Origin: Lama guanicoe | Lineage: Eukaryota | Length of the DNA: 64,000 nucleotides | Assembly (NCBI GenBank): GCA_013239625.1 | Contig: MU053594.1 | Span: 1,457,654 to 1,521,653, forward strand | Direction: 5' to 3' | Shown here: positions 1 through 13,400 of the stretch, one piece after another | Numbering within the stretch: position 1 is the first letter of the stretch | Layout: every line of letters starts with the position of its first letter | The notes under the pieces: model-generated | The model's input: only the letters and a program-made list of their open reading frames with translations | Told to the model about the DNA's origin: nothing | Database searches by the model: none | Program-made: the position numbers and the translations under genes

Positions 1-295
1 AGTTCAATAAAGGTCTGTTGAATTGATGAACAAGTCAGATAACTTTAATTATAATGGAGAAGAATCTGAGACGCCCAGGTGCCTGCCCATCTCAGGGTCT
101 ACATCTGAGCAAAGGAGCCACGAGCAGGTACTTCCCCAGGGGCTGCCATGCTTTAGATCGTGTGATTCTGTGACCCTGGCCACTGCTGACTTAAACCAGC
201 AAGCAGCCCCGCTCCTGCCCCTCCCCTCTGCAGCCCTGCCTCTCTCCACTTCCCTCCTCCCCATTCCCCACACAGCTGACACACTTGAACTAAGA

Positions 296-737
296 CAATA
301 CTGTCCAACAGAAATGTCATGGGCGCCATACATATAATTTGAAATTATCCAGTGACCACATTTTTTAAATGGAAGAAGAAACATGTGACATTAATTTTAA
401 TAATAGATTTTATTTTACCCAACATATCTAAAATATTATTATTTAAACAGATAAAGCAATATACTAAATATTAATAAGATACTTTACATTTTTAAAAAAA
501 AACTTTTTACATGGAGGTACTGGGGATTGAACCCAAGACCTTGTGCATGCTAAGCAGGTGCTCTACTAGTTGAGCTATACCCTCTCTTTACCTGGTATTT
601 TACATTCTTCTCTTTTGTACTAAGTCTTCAAAATCAGGTTTGTATTACACACATGCAAGACACCTCACTTCGAGCTTGCCATGTTTCCAAGTGTCCAATG
701 GCCACATGTGGCTAGCGGCTCCCAGATTAGACAGTGA
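296..737 (+). mobile_element. MER33-like hAT-Charlie MITE, interrupted by a SINE
   Basis: Starts CTGTCCAACAGAAAT and ends GGCCACATGTGGCTAGCGGCT..TTAGACAGTG (related inverted ends). AT-rich body matches the recalled MER33 consensus. Confidence 0.8.
491..586 (-). mobile_element. tRNA-Ala-derived SINE (camelid Vic-1 type)
   Basis: Reverse complement reads GAGGGTATAGCTCAACTAGTAGAGCACCTGCTTAGCATGCACAAGGTCTTGGGTTCAATCCCCAGTACCTCCA (Pol III A and B boxes). Degenerate TSD GATACTTTACATT (478-490) / GGTATTTTACATT (594-606). Confidence 0.85.
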
Positions 738-2232
738 AGCCTTAAGAGGGTCACATCCAATGTGGGTAACTGTGCCTTCATGGTCAGGATCTTCCAACCA
801 GCTGATTCCGTAAGTGGGTCCGGCTTCTCAGATGATACTGGACGTTTCCCACTTGGCAGGGTCCTGGCCCCCCCTCCTCCATCCTGTCCATTCCAGCATC
901 TCCACCTGAGAAGCCTGGATGGAAAGACTCAGGGGGCGGCAGTTGGAAGCCTCTCTGAACATTCCCAGTTTAAGGCACATTTTCCAAGGCGGTTTTTACC
1001 ATTGTGTGGTAGACAAGGTAATGCTTAATAAAAAAAAAGTGTTTTGCTTTCCATTTAGCTCTGTTTCTTTCTGACATATTCCCTTAGCAGGGAACCTCTG
1101 AGGGGAGAAAGAATGAATGGTAGGATTCAGGCACCAAAGCCCCATCTGCGAGACCAAACAGGCTTCTGACTCATCACACGACATGACTAGGCAGGAAGAC
1201 CAGGTTCAAAGAAGCTTCCATCCTGAGCGATGATTCGACTGGCCTTAGGGTCTCCTCCCAGTTGGACTGTCGGGAGGGCAGAGCTGAGAAACTTCAGACA
1301 AAAATAAAGCAGGCGCGTGGGGTTTGAAGTTACGAGTGAAGAGCAGCCAGAAGGGGTAGAGAAACTGAACAGAGGGAGGGTCATCGTGATCCGCGATGGG
1401 ATAGGCTTGTTAAAAGGAAGCAGAAGCTGAACCGCAGGAAAAGGAGAGACTGCCAGAGTGGCTGCTGTCTCTGAACCACATTCCTGGGATGCAGGTAGTC
1501 TGCCTGCAGCATCTTCTGTGCTCCCGCCCTGGCCCCTGCATCCCACAACGCATCACCATCCTCTAGGGCCCAGAATGTGCCTCTATTCTTCACCACCCAG
1601 AAAGGCTTACTCCTCCTTCCCTCCTCCAGATGGCTAAGGGTCCAGACTGGACAAACTTGTGTCTGGCTCCTGTATTCTCTGACCTTACTCTATCCTAGAG
1701 TTCCTCGGCTACTCAGGAAAACAGCCTTCTTGAGACCCCTGCCAAGGATGGACACTTACTTTTCAGCTGGGGACGACTCCTCAATTATTGGTAAGTGTAG
1801 GGACAGCTTGGGCAGCAGAAAACCCAGCTCTGGCTCTGGTCTGGCAAGATGGCACCACGCTGCCTTCCTTCCCACCCAGCAGGACCCTGGACCAGGCTTC
1901 CCGGAGTCCACAACTGCCGCGTAGTATCCTTTGTAGTCAACTAATTACCAACACTTGGCTCCTGTCTTTGTAAACTCAATATGGAACACTTGTTAAGCAG
2001 TGTTGAGGTTCTCCGCTAGGTGCTACAAGGTGGGGGTGCTTTGCCCTCTGGGAGCTTGAAATCTCTCTCTCTCTTTTTCTGAAATTATTCATGCCACCAT
2101 CATTTGAGGGGAGTTGCTCTCTGGTGGGGATTCTACAGGCAGCTTCCTCTATGGCTGTTCTCTTAGTGGCATGGCTCATGGCACTCCCACTTGGACGTGA
2201 GGATTGAGCTAATGTCCACAGTAAATCTATTC

Positions 2233-2683
2233 TTTTTATTATTTTTATTATGGTTGAAGTATAGTCAGTTTACAATGTTGTGTCAATTTCTGCAGTACAG
2301 CATAATGTTTCAGTTATATGAATACATACATATATTTGTTTCCATATTCTTTTTCATTGTAGGTTACTACAAGATATTGAATACAGTACCCTGTGCTATA
2401 CAGAAGAAACTTGTTGTTTATCTATTTTATATACAGTAGTTTGCATTTGCAAATCTCGAACTCCTAACTTATTCCTTCCCGCCCAGTAACCATAAGTTTG
2501 CTTTCTATGTCCATGAGTTTGTTTCTGTTTTATCAATAAATTCATTTGCATATTTTTTTTTTTTAGATTTCACATATAAGTGATATCATGTAGTATTTTT
2601 ATTTCTCTTTCTGGCTTACTTCACTTGGAATGTGATCTCCAGGTCCATCCATGTTGCTGCAAATGGCATTATTTTATTCTTTT
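2233..2683 (-). mobile_element. Young L1 3' end (ORF2 C-terminus, 3'UTR, A-rich tail), fused to U6
   Basis: Minus strand reads AAAAGAATAAAATAATGCCATTTGCAGCAACATGGATGGACCTGGAG (ORF2 IMPFAATWMDLE motif). The 3'UTR resembles the copies at 40851, 45351 and 60863. Confidence 0.9.
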
Positions 2684-2790
2684 AAAAATACAGAACACTT
2701 TGCAAATTTGTGTGTCATCCTTGCTCAAGGGCCATGCTAATTTTCTCTGTGTTGTTCCAATTTTAGTATATGTGCTGCCCAAGCGAGCCC
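2684..2790 (-). pseudogene. RNU6: Full-length U6 snRNA retropseudogene (5' part of a U6/L1 chimera)
   Basis: Reverse complement GGGCTCGCTTGGGCAGCACATATACTAAAATTGGAACAACACAGAGAAAATTAGCATGGCCCTTGAGCAAGGATGACACACAAATTTGCAAAGTGTTCTGTATTTTT aligns ungapped to U6 as recalled, with about 14 substitutions. Confidence 0.95.
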
Positions 2791-3899
2791 TGAAATCTTA
2801 TTTTGAAAAGAAAATAAGAAAACTTTACCTGGGAAAAATAAGATTACATCATTCCCCATGGTTTAGATATTGGTCTCAAAGAGCCTCTGTCGTCTGCGTA
2901 AATGCTCCTGCTAACACCATAATTGCTGCCAGTTGGAGTATATTCTGTATTGCCAACACTTTCCTTGTGGATGATCTGTGCTAAGCCACCCTTTAAAGTT
3001 CTCTGTGCTATTTTCGCCTCCTCTCCTTAATTAATTCCTTTGTTTAACGTCCATGCAATATTATCGACGTGTTTAGTGTTATTCCTAAATGCAGCCTGCA
3101 ACCCAGCGAGAGCTGGAGAAAAAGAAAACAAAACACTTCATTAACTTTAAACAGTTTTTCAGTTACTTCTCCAGCACCTGCAGCCCTCTTCGACCTCATT
3201 TTTTGTCACCACCACCCAGAACTCACCTCTGACAAAGAAAAAAAAAAAAAGAAGAAGAAGAAGGAAAGAAGTTCTCAACAAGAGGACAGCCTGTCTCTGG
3301 CTTACATGTGGCGGGCATGAGAGAGGTGATGGCTGTGCTCCAGGCCAGAGGCGAAGGGAACCAGGAAGAACTGGGCAGTGCCAGCGGAGGTATGCCAGGA
3401 AGAGGGACCTTGGCATGGCCCTACCCCAAGCTGAGTCTTCACAAGCTGATTTTATTTTCTAGACATTTTTCAAATGTTAATACAAAATTCTAAAAAAAAT
3501 CAGAAATCAAAACTACTTTTTTAAGATTCTATCTATTTGGGATGCTCATACTTCAGTTTCTACCTCCACCCCACATCACTATCATGAACGAATGGATGTA
3601 ATATACTCTAAAATATTGTTCTTCTGTGTAGCGAAAAGCCCTTGCCAGGGAGCAAGTTATAGGCCAGGGACTCTCCTAGTTTCTCCAAGTGCATTGTGAA
3701 AATCTTTTTAAAAATCTATACCAATCCATGTTAGCGCTTTTTTTGTTAAAAAAAAAATTACTACCCACCTCTCAGTTATTTTTGGAGAGCATAGAGAGTG
3801 ACAGGAATTCTGAAATCAGTGAACAATAGCCAGGCTGCCAAAGACTCAATCTGGTGGCCAACATAACAATCAAGATAATAATAATAATAATAATAGCTC

Positions 3900-4175
3900 T
3901 ATCTATTAGGAATTGTGTTCAGCTGTTAGTAACAGAGACCAGACCACAGTGCCGTGAACACACGTGGGTTCACTTGTGTATCAGGAACGTGAAGGCTGGT
4001 ATTGTGCCTCCCTCATTGTCAAAGACACAGAAGCCTTTAGTCTCTCTAGTCAGCCATCTTTGTTTCATGGTGTCCATTGTTAAGATCCCAATGTGTCTAA
4101 TTGATGTTCCAGCCATTATGTCCATATTTCAGACAGGAAGGAGAAGGGGGAAAGAGAGCAAAAGGCACATGCCAG
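3900..4175 (-). mobile_element. Old MaLR (MLT1-like) LTR fragment
   Basis: TTAGGAATTGTGTTCAGCTGTTAGTAACAGAGACC resembles the reverse-complemented MLT1 3' end. Confidence 0.4.
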
Positions 4176-4186
4176 CTATATATCCC

Positions 4187-4310
4187 TTATTTACTCATTT
4201 ATTTACTTATGTATTCTTTTTTTTGTTAATGGAGGTACTGGGGATTGAACCCAGGATCTTTTGCATGCTAAGCATGTGCTCTGCCACTGAGCTATACCCA
4301 CCCCTCAACC
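4187..4310 (-). mobile_element. Vic-1-type tRNA-derived SINE
   Basis: TGGAGGTACTGGGGATTGAACCCAGG..CACTGAGCTATACCC with T-rich tail on the left. TSD ATATCCC at 4180-4186 and 4311-4317. Confidence 0.88.
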
Positions 4311-5689
4311 ATATCCCATCTTTAAGGAACTGTTGCAAATCTATTGCTTTATTTATTTCCCCTACAAAATCATTTTGCATTCTATCGACCTACTATAAAG
4401 ATTGAAATTTCTAGTGTATTCATCTTAACCAGGAAGTTCCCTGTGCAAACTAATGCTGTCTTTGCTATTGTTGGTTGTGCAATATCCAGTCTCCTTTGGG
4501 AGGACCACCCCATTCTCCCACCTCCACCCACTGTATGTCATCTTTTCAGGAACAGGGCCCTGCTTCCCTCTATAAAACCCAAAGGGACAATATCCTTCCC
4601 TCTTTGCCTTTTGGCAGTTGTGAAAGCATGAGACCCGCAGTCTGACAATCAGTAGCTTTGGTCCTAGAGAAATGACACGTGAAAAAGGAAAGAAGAGGAC
4701 TGCATCGCAAAAGCAGCAGCAGCATCCAGCAGTGGAGCCCAGTGGTGGCACACAGTGTCCGGCAAGAGTGGGAGCGTTCCGGCCAGACGAGTCCTGCTAG
4801 CAGCAGTGGTTGAGTTTCTTGTAGTTGGTCCTCCGGGGCCGCTCAGCTCCCGTCTGTCTGCCACGCCCGATCCTCTAGCCATTTAGTGGCTCTGGGCTTC
4901 CTCGTCTTCTCAATACACCCATTTTGCCTAAGATAACCAGAGCTGGTTTGCTTTATATGCAACCAAAAGCACCCAAACTGAAAGAATTCAGGCAAAATGT
5001 ATCCAGAAATAGAAGCCTACCCCAATTCCCTGAGGTTCGGATGCACGACCTAAAATCACAGACACAGAGACTGAGGCCTGTGGGAGAAGATATTGGGAAG
5101 TTGCTAGGACCAAAAGTTGATGCTCAGAGGCCATGTGGACTCTCATCTCTTTCAGTCTTTTTGTACAAATTCTCTTTTCCTCTGCTTTATTGGTCAGCTT
5201 TCTTTGATTATTCACAGTTTCTTTATCTCCATAACTTTTACTTCTTTCTGTACTCTCCTACGGAATCTACATGACCTTTTACAGATAGGCTATTATCACT
5301 TTTAGTTTCAAGCTAAAAATGTATGTATCTCTTTTTTTTTTTAATCTTGACAAAGGAACTGATGAGGGATAAGGTCAGGGATATACACCAGTGAAATCAG
5401 CTATAATAGGGAAATGGGGCTTACGATTGGTTATTTGCCTTCACTGGGGGCTCCCAGAGTAGGTCTATGGGCAGGGAAGGCAGTGGGATCTTTCTAATAC
5501 AGGGATGCATTGTGATGTGTTGTAGTGTGGTGGTGTGCTGTGATGTAATATGAAGGTCTCGGTATGGCATAACTTTTGGATTATGCTCAATCAATTATAT
5601 ATTTTGAGTACGCACCATGTGCAAGGCAAAGGGCTAGGAGCTGAGGAGATTACACAGAAGATATGTGCCCTCCTTCAAGGACTTCACAA

Positions 5690-5720
5690 TACACACATAC
5701 ACACACACACACACACACAC
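5690..5720. repeat. (CA)n microsatellite
   Basis: Directly visible CA run. Confidence 0.9.
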
Positions 5721-6099
5721 AATGTTAAGAGATGAATTAACATATATCTGGTTAACTGTTAAACACATAAAACGTTAAAGGAATTCAAAAGAAGGACAGG
5801 TCACATTGAGCTTTGGCGATCAAGGTAGCCTATACAGAGAAGGGGGACTTTGCTACCTTGAGGGAAGATAAGAGGTGAAGTTTGTTGATGAGAGGTAAGA
5901 TTATTGATGAGAAGAAAAGAGGTGGAGTTGGTTGATAAGAAGTGGAGTGATACTGGATGGTAGAAGTGGGGACATCTGGATCAAAGAATAAGCACTGAAT
6001 AGACAAAATCTGAAGAAGTGAGACCCAGACAGTGAAGAGGTCAGCACAAGAAAAGTGTGGATGAATGCTCTTGGTTTGGGACTCAAAAGAATACAGGGC

Positions 6100-7800
6100 A
6101 TCTTAGGGACTTCAAATAATTTCAAACCCTAAAATTGAACTGAGGTTATCTCAAATTGTTAGTACCTCCAAGCATCTAGGAGAAACAAAAATAAATATTC
6201 TTTGTAAAGAAATGGCACCTTGAACCTCAAGGTATTCCTACAAGCAATTTTGCACACATCACTCAGCACACAATCAAAAATAACCAGCCACAAGAGGAAA
6301 TAAGACTACATGGACAACACCAGCAAGAGAGCCAAGCAATAAAATCAGGCCCACAGGGGCTCCAGATATTCATTTTATCACATTTAAACTGATAAAAAAA
6401 ACTGTGCTTCTTATGTTCAAGAATATAAAAGAGAAGATTGAAAATTGTGGCAAAGAACTAGAGACTTTTATGATGAAATTTCTGGAACAAAATACTATAA
6501 CAATTGAAAGTTACAATCTAACCCAACTGAAAGTTAAACAGCATATTAGCAAAGATGAAAGGATAATTCACGAAGAAAATTTCCAGAAAGGAATAGGAAA
6601 CAAAGGAATGAAAAATACAAAAGAAAGAGTAAGAGATATAAAGGACATAATGAGAAGGTCTAATATGAATTTAATTAAAATCCCAAAAGGAAGAGCTGGA
6701 AAACAGGATAGAAGCAATAGTTGAAAAGATAGTGGCTGAGAATTTTCCGAAACTAATGAAAGACATCAAATCATGGATTTAAGAATTCACATAAGGGGTA
6801 AATGAAAATATATTCACAACTAGGCACACCGTTAATGAATTTTTGAAAATTAAACATACACAAAAATATCTTAACACCAGCCAGAGGAAGTATCAGGTTA
6901 CTTCCAAAGGGCCTCTTACTCTCAATATGTAAAGAGTACCTATGAATCGATTAAAATTTAAAAGGTAAATAATCCGAAAGAATAAAGGACAAGAAATTTG
7001 AACAGGCACTTCACAAAGGAGGATATCCAAATGGCATAAACTTACAAAAACATGCTCAACTTCATTAATAATTAAGAAAATATAAATTCAAATTATAGTG
7101 ATACTCTACCACACACTCACCAAAACAGCTTTTAGGTAGACAATGTAAAGTGTTGATGAAGATGAGGAGCAAAGGGAACCTTCATGCCCTTATCATACAA
7201 AAACTTCCAAAAATTAATTCTTAGTGCTCACTAACATTGAACATATATTCTATGACTCAGTAATTTCAGGCATAAACACTAAGAAACACATATAAGAAAA
7301 TTCATAGCTGCACTATTTGTAACAGCCAAAGCCTGGAAACTACATAAATGCCTGTGGATAGCAGGATGGATAAAGATTGCAGTATATCAATACAATAAAA
7401 CAATATACATTATTGAGGGGAAAAAAAAAAGCTTTACTGAAAATAAACTCACTATAGCTCCATGCAATAAAATGAATGAATTTCAAACATTGTTGAGCCA
7501 AAACAGTCAGACACAAAAGAATGCATAATTTATTATATAAATTTCAAAAAGCATGCAAAGCTAGTGTTTAGGAATGTCTGATTAGTGGTAAAGTAGTGAT
7601 TTCCATAAAAGTCAAGGGACTAGTACCTTTGGGGACAAAAATGGATTGTGATTAGAGGTTACTTCTGAGGTGCTAGGCGCATTCGATCGTTTTCAATTCC
7701 AGTGATATTTGACAGGTGCTCATTTTGTGATCAATAATTGATTTTTGAAATTTTTGTTTTGTTTACTGCTCTCTGTTAAATTTCACAGCAAAAAGCAAAA
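6100..7800 (+). mobile_element. Ancient L1 (L1ME/HAL1-like): ORF1 remnant and 3' region
   Basis: ORF 6404-6724 is a decayed ORF1 (RRSNMNLIKIPKG..; GCTGAGAATTTTCCGAAACTAATGAAAGACATC). ORF2 end and 3'UTR motifs follow (AACAGGCACTTCACAAAGGAGGATATCCAAATGGC). Confidence 0.75.
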
Positions 7801-8971
7801 GGTTTTAGAGAAAAGAAATAGAGTCAGGCTTTCGTAAATCTATTATATATTGTGTATTTACTGGGTCAGATGCTACACTAAGCACTTTACATAAACCACT
7901 TCATCTAATCATCTTCATGAAGCTGAGAAGCACATTTTCTCTGTTCTTTTCCCCATTTACTGAGCCTTAATTTTTTTAACTGAAAAATGGGAATCATACT
8001 ACCCCACCTCAAGATATTATTGTAGGAATTGAATGAGATATATGCAAGGAGCTTAAAAGAGTGTCTGAGAGGAAGTGCTAGGTAAGGGTTAGCTGTTATT
8101 TCATGAGAGTATGGAAACTCAGTGAAATCAAGCAGCTTGCACAGCCCACCCAGATAATAAGAGAGATGCTAAGATTTGAGTCAATGTCAGACTCAGACCC
8201 GGTGCCCCTTTCATTTCCCCGAAGTAGTGTGCCCCTGAAGTGCTCTGTGAGTTTCACGTCGGACACTAAAGCCATTCGAGTGTAGAACAGGGGCGCTCAG
8301 ACTCCAGCTGGCCTCAGCCTGCCTCTTTCCCTGGAAGACCAGTTGTTCTCTATGAGAATGGACATCACTTATTCACGATGGCATCTTCATTTTTTAAGGA
8401 GTGGATTTTGTCTCATTTTGTATCCCAAGCTAACTTAGTAAAGGAAATGCTTCTGGGGTGTGGGCAGCCAGAGAGTGGGCTTTGTAACTGTGCCTTCTAT
8501 GGGAGGAAGGTCACAGCCAGCCCTGAGGTTCCTTTGCATCCTTTCCAAGCAACCCTGCTGACCTCAGAATCACTATGACATCTTCAGGTGACCTCAGAAT
8601 CTCTACTGAGCATCTTTGTGGACAGCATGACCGACCCCAGGGCTGATTGCTTAGCAGATGCCGTGGGGTGAGTTGCTAGGACTCAGAGAAGTAACTGATA
8701 GAATGGAGAAGGGGAGAGAAAGCAGGGGTGGTCAAGGGGAAAGAACATCTCTCTTCATCTCAGTTTGCTCCTTCCTTTCTCATTTTATGTCTATTTTTGC
8801 CATCTCTCATTTGAATGAAATTATGTTCTTGAAGCTGGTCACAGCTGACTTTCCCTCTCTCTCCCACTTACCCTTAACTCAGTCCCACTTATTAAATCAA
8901 CCAAGAGCCTATAATATTTTATAGTTTACAAAGAGTTTTTGCATGTATAAATTCTCATAAAAACTGTGTTG

Positions 8972-10000
8972 GCGACTTCCTATTTAAACTCTGACATGTA
9001 AAAATCTTGGAGGTCGTCCCTCACTTTGCAACAAGAAAATGCTGAACAAATGGAAAATCGATACCTTTTCTTGGACCCATCAGAGGAACACATTTCTGTA
9101 ATTCCACTGGGCATTATCTTTAGACTCATAACCCTGGAAATGTGATGGGGAAGAGAAAAGCAAACAAACACACAAAACATTGGTTTCTATCTGACACCTG
9201 CTGTCTATTCAGAGGGTTCGTATTTGATCAGAATTAATGTGGCAGATGGAGCCAGATGAATAGTGACTGTTACCTTCCTGGAATTATTTCAGGTTATTCT
9301 GTATCTTCAGCCATATATCAGGAAGAATAAAATGGGAAACAACACACATACAGAGTGTAATCATTTATGAAAAGAGACAAGTTAGAGAAGTCATGACTTA
9401 TCTAGCAGACTCAAAGCAGCAGGCCCAGGTTGTTTCTCTGATGAATTCTATGAAACATTAAAGAAAGAAATAGTAGCCATTTTCCACAATATTTTCCAAA
9501 AAATAGAAGCAGAGGGAATGCCTTCTTATTTATTCTATTAGGTCAGCATTACCCTAACACTTAAACTAGTTAAAGACACTACAAGAAAGAAAAATTATAA
9601 GCCAATGTCTCAGATGAACACAGAAGATCCTCACACAAAATATTAGCAATTTGAATCCAACAATGTATTTTAAAAATTATACATCATGAGCAAGTGGGAT
9701 TTAATTCATGTAAGCAAGGCTGGTTCAATATTCAAAACTCAACCAGTGTAACCCACCATACTAACAAGCTGGAGGAAAAAAATCATATGATCACATCAAT
9801 TGATGCAGAAAGAGCATTTGACAAAGTCCAACACCCAGTCATGAAAATTCAGCAAATTAGGAATTAAGAGGAACTTTCTCAACTTTAACAAGAACACCTG
9901 TAAAAACCTACAGCCACACCAGACTTAATGGTAAAAGACTTAACACTTTTCCCCTAAAATTAGTAACAAAGGAAGGATGTCCTCTCTTCCAGCTCCTCCT
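8972..10000 (+). mobile_element. Old L1: 5'-end fragment and ORF2 (RT-region) remnant
   Basis: 9410-9990 carries ORF2 signatures (CAAGTGGGATTTAATTC..GGCTGGTTCAATATTC; ATCAATTGATGCAGAAAGAGCATTTGACAAAG = [10 protein letters not shown]). Confidence 0.8.
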
Positions 10001-10889
10001 CCCTCACTGGTAGAGCCCCCTCACCTGTCACCTAGAACTTCAGCTTAAGCCCATGCACACTAAGAAGCAGAGAGCTGATGGCACCAGACGGACAGACAGA
10101 CAGCGGATAAAATCTCAGTTCTGGCATTTCCTGCTTCGTTGGCCTGGGGCAAAGACTTCATCCCACTGAACCTCTGTTTTCATCTGTGAAGTGAAGCCCA
10201 TAATGCATTCCTCTGGGAGGATGCAAGGAGCTAATACTGACGTATCTGAAGTGTCTTATCCATAACAAGAACTCAGTAAGTAGTAGCTGTAATCGTTCTG
10301 TGATAGACACTGAACATGATCCCCCACCTCCCACCTAGGATCAAGCTGTCATGCGCCAAGGTCCCCCAGCCTCATTAGTGCCTGATCCAAAGAGATTCTT
10401 AAACATTTGTTTAGCAGGTTCTTCAAAACTGTCTAGACAGACAAAAACACCTACAAAACGAGTTCTGCTTAATTGCATGAGTGTCTAGCTCACCTACTAG
10501 ACTGTGTGTTCCTTAGTGGCAGGAAAGTGCCGTATTGATCTTTGTGTCACTTAGTGTACCTGATCATTCACAGCTGTTGAATTAAAGAATAGCCATCAAA
10601 CTCTCTGATGTCAGTGGCTTCATTTCTTCAGGCTCCGCCTCCAGTCAAAGGATTGGTCCTTATGGAAAAGAGCATATGCCACTTTAAGACACAGCCATCA
10701 TATATGCTTTTATGTAAATAAATGTATCAAACTTAGATTCTTTACAGAGAATGAGTCTTAATTAAGGAAAAAGTCTGAAGAGTTTGAAGGGTGGTTCTTC
10801 GTGTTTAAAGATCTAGTAAATATATTATAGATTTTTGTGCAATTAAGCCCTGCTAGACATTTCCATGACTATTGGTTCTAATGACAATA

Positions 10890-11145
10890 TTAACAGACAT
10901 TTTAAAATGCTTTCCAGCTTTCCATGTGCCGACCACAGTACTAAGTACTTCTATGTGCACCTATTGACTTAGTCCTCAGAATCACCCTGTGAGGTGAATC
11001 CTATAATTTCTTAGATGGGAAACTGAGCCCCAGAAACGTTCGTTAAGGTTAGGTGTGCCCAAGGTCACACAGCTGACACAAGCTGGAGCTGAGATGTGAA
11101 TCAAGCAGTTTGGAGCCCAAGACCTTGCTAATTACTCCTTCACTC
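10890..11145 (-). mobile_element. MIR SINE
   Basis: MIR core AGATGGGAAACTGAG..CCCAAGGTCACACAGCT. Similar relics at about 7860-8200, 24130-24330, 27700-27880, 34360-34520, 53900-54070 and 62090-62310. Confidence 0.7.
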
Positions 11146-11269
11146 TGCTACCTCTAACTGGGGGTTCAGAGGTCAAAGCTGCTAACACAGAGGTCTGATC
11201 ATCCTCCAAGTCAGGCTGCAAAAACATCTCATGAAAGACCCCATAATTTTTGTGCCCCTCTGAAACCAT

Positions 11270-13400
11270 AAGAAACAAGGAAAATATTAGACAAAAGGGA
11301 GGAAATTATTACTATTTGCAGATATAATGATTGTGTATCTGGACATCTAAAGAGAATCAACTGAAAAAGTTCCCTAAACAATAAGATTTGAATAACCTTA
11401 CAAAATTGATTTTTAAAACTCAATAGCTTTTCTAGGAACAACCACCAAGCAGAAAATACCATGAGAGAAAAGATACCACTTAGAACTGCAATCCAAGACA
11501 GAAAACTGTGTAGTAAAAACAAGCAGTCTGTAAGATCCATGTGATGTAACCTTAAATAACCATCTAATGGAAAAGAAAAGATTTAAATAAATAGAAAGAT
11601 GTCCTCTTTTCTTGGAAAGACTCCTTACAAAGGTATCCATCGCCCTGCTTTGATCTATACATTCAACATGATCAACACCAAAAGAAAGTAACTGGGGGAG
11701 GGACAGAGGGAGGGCAGGACTCTAAAATTTATATCAAAAAATAAAATGCAAGAAAAGCCACGATATGTATGATAAAGCATATGGGGGAAGTATTAGCCAT
11801 ACTAGATATTAAAATATAAAGTCATAGTAATTAAAATAGTCTTATATCGGCTCAAAAATTAATAGTCAGATGAATGGAAGCAAATAGGAGAACCAGGAGT
11901 AGACCCAAACATATACAAACATTTGGTTTATGTAGAGATAGCTTTTGAATGCAATAGGAAAAATCTATGTTATTCAATAAATGATTTGGGATAACTGGCT
12001 AGGCCATCTATTTCTTTACACCAGAATTAATTCCAGATGGATAAAATATTTAAATGTGAAAACTGAAACCATAAGAGTACTAATAGAAAGCGCAAATAAC
12101 ATAATTTTGTGGAAAGAACTTCTTAAGCAAAACACTAAACCCAGAACACATAAAAAAGTGAATAAATCTGACTATACAAAACTTAAGATGTCTTCGTGAC
12201 AAAAATACCATAGACCAAGTCAAAAAGCAAGCAATAAAGAAAAAGTGTTGCAAAAACATGACAAAGAATTAATTTCCATCATACATATAAAGAGTTTTAA
12301 AGATATCAATTGGGAAAAGCCAAAACACCCACTAAAAACACATTTGTGTGAAAAACATCACTGCAGAAAAAAAAAAAGATCTTTTAATCATGCAAAAGAA
12401 CATATAATGTCACTCATATTAGAAGTAACACAAATTAAAATCACAAGATTTTATGTGTTTGCCTATTAGATGGGCAATAGAGCAATCATTTGATAATGCA
12501 CTGACTGGAGAAACAGATACTCTAATAAATTATTGTTGGGAGTTGCAAACAGTACAACCTGTTTGAAGGGCAAGTTGGTAGCATCTATCAAAATCTCAAA
12601 TTCAAAATTTTAAATTCCACTTCTAAAAAAGTGAATGATAGATAATACACACAAAGATGTTCAGTGCAGTACTATTTATAGTAGCAATAGCCAGAAACTC
12701 TAAATGTGCATCAGTGGGAAACTGATTGTGTAAACTCTGGTACAGATGTACAATGGACTGTAATACAGCCATTAAGAAGAACAGGCAACCCTGTATGTAC
12801 TAACATACAGCAATCTCCAAAACATTAGGTGCAAAAGGCAGAATGCAGAACAGTTTATATAATATTCTACAAGTTGTGTTTTTCTAAAAAGCCAAGTATG
12901 TAAATATACACTTGTATGTACAGTAGATCAGTGTTTTCAAATTGGATGACAACCATCTGTAGGTTATAAAATCAATTTAGTGGATTCCAATCAGTGTTCT
13001 TTAATGCTTACATTTTTCATTTAGAGATTTTTATATGTTTTATTTAAATATTGATGAAATTATATTTGATATTAACCTTATGTTTTTCTTTATCATATAT
13101 GAAAAGGTAAATATTGTTTTGTGCAACTTTATTACAGTTATATAATTGCATATGATGGAAAGTATATGTCTTACTCTGGGTTATAAAGAAAAAATGTTTT
13201 AAAAGCATTAGTATCAACTCTTTCTGGAAAGACAAACAACCAATCACTAATGGCCCTTGGGGAGGCTGACACTGGGGACTGTAGGGTCAGAAGTGGGAAA
13301 GAGAATGACTTTGCCCACATATCTTTGTACTGTGTGTTACCTATTCAATTTCCTTTAAAAAAGAAAATGAAAGAGAATACAATAAAAGCAAAGAGCAAAA
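11270..13400 (+). mobile_element. Ancient L1ME ORF2/3'UTR remnant
   Basis: Decayed RT motif CTATTTGCAGATATAATGATTGTGTATCT (LFADDMIVY-like). ORF 11981-12199 (YTRINSRWIKYLNVK) is a typical ORF2 segment. Confidence 0.8.

Noticed and set aside
897..1796. + strand exon candidates (about 897-1017 and 1699-1790, donor TTG|GTAAGT)
   Set aside because: Splice-like signals are present, but no recognisable peptide or consistent joined frame; indistinguishable from pseudo-exons without data.
2684..2790. Functional U6 gene
   Set aside because: About 14 substitutions, fusion to L1, and no recognisable upstream PSE/TATA arrangement.
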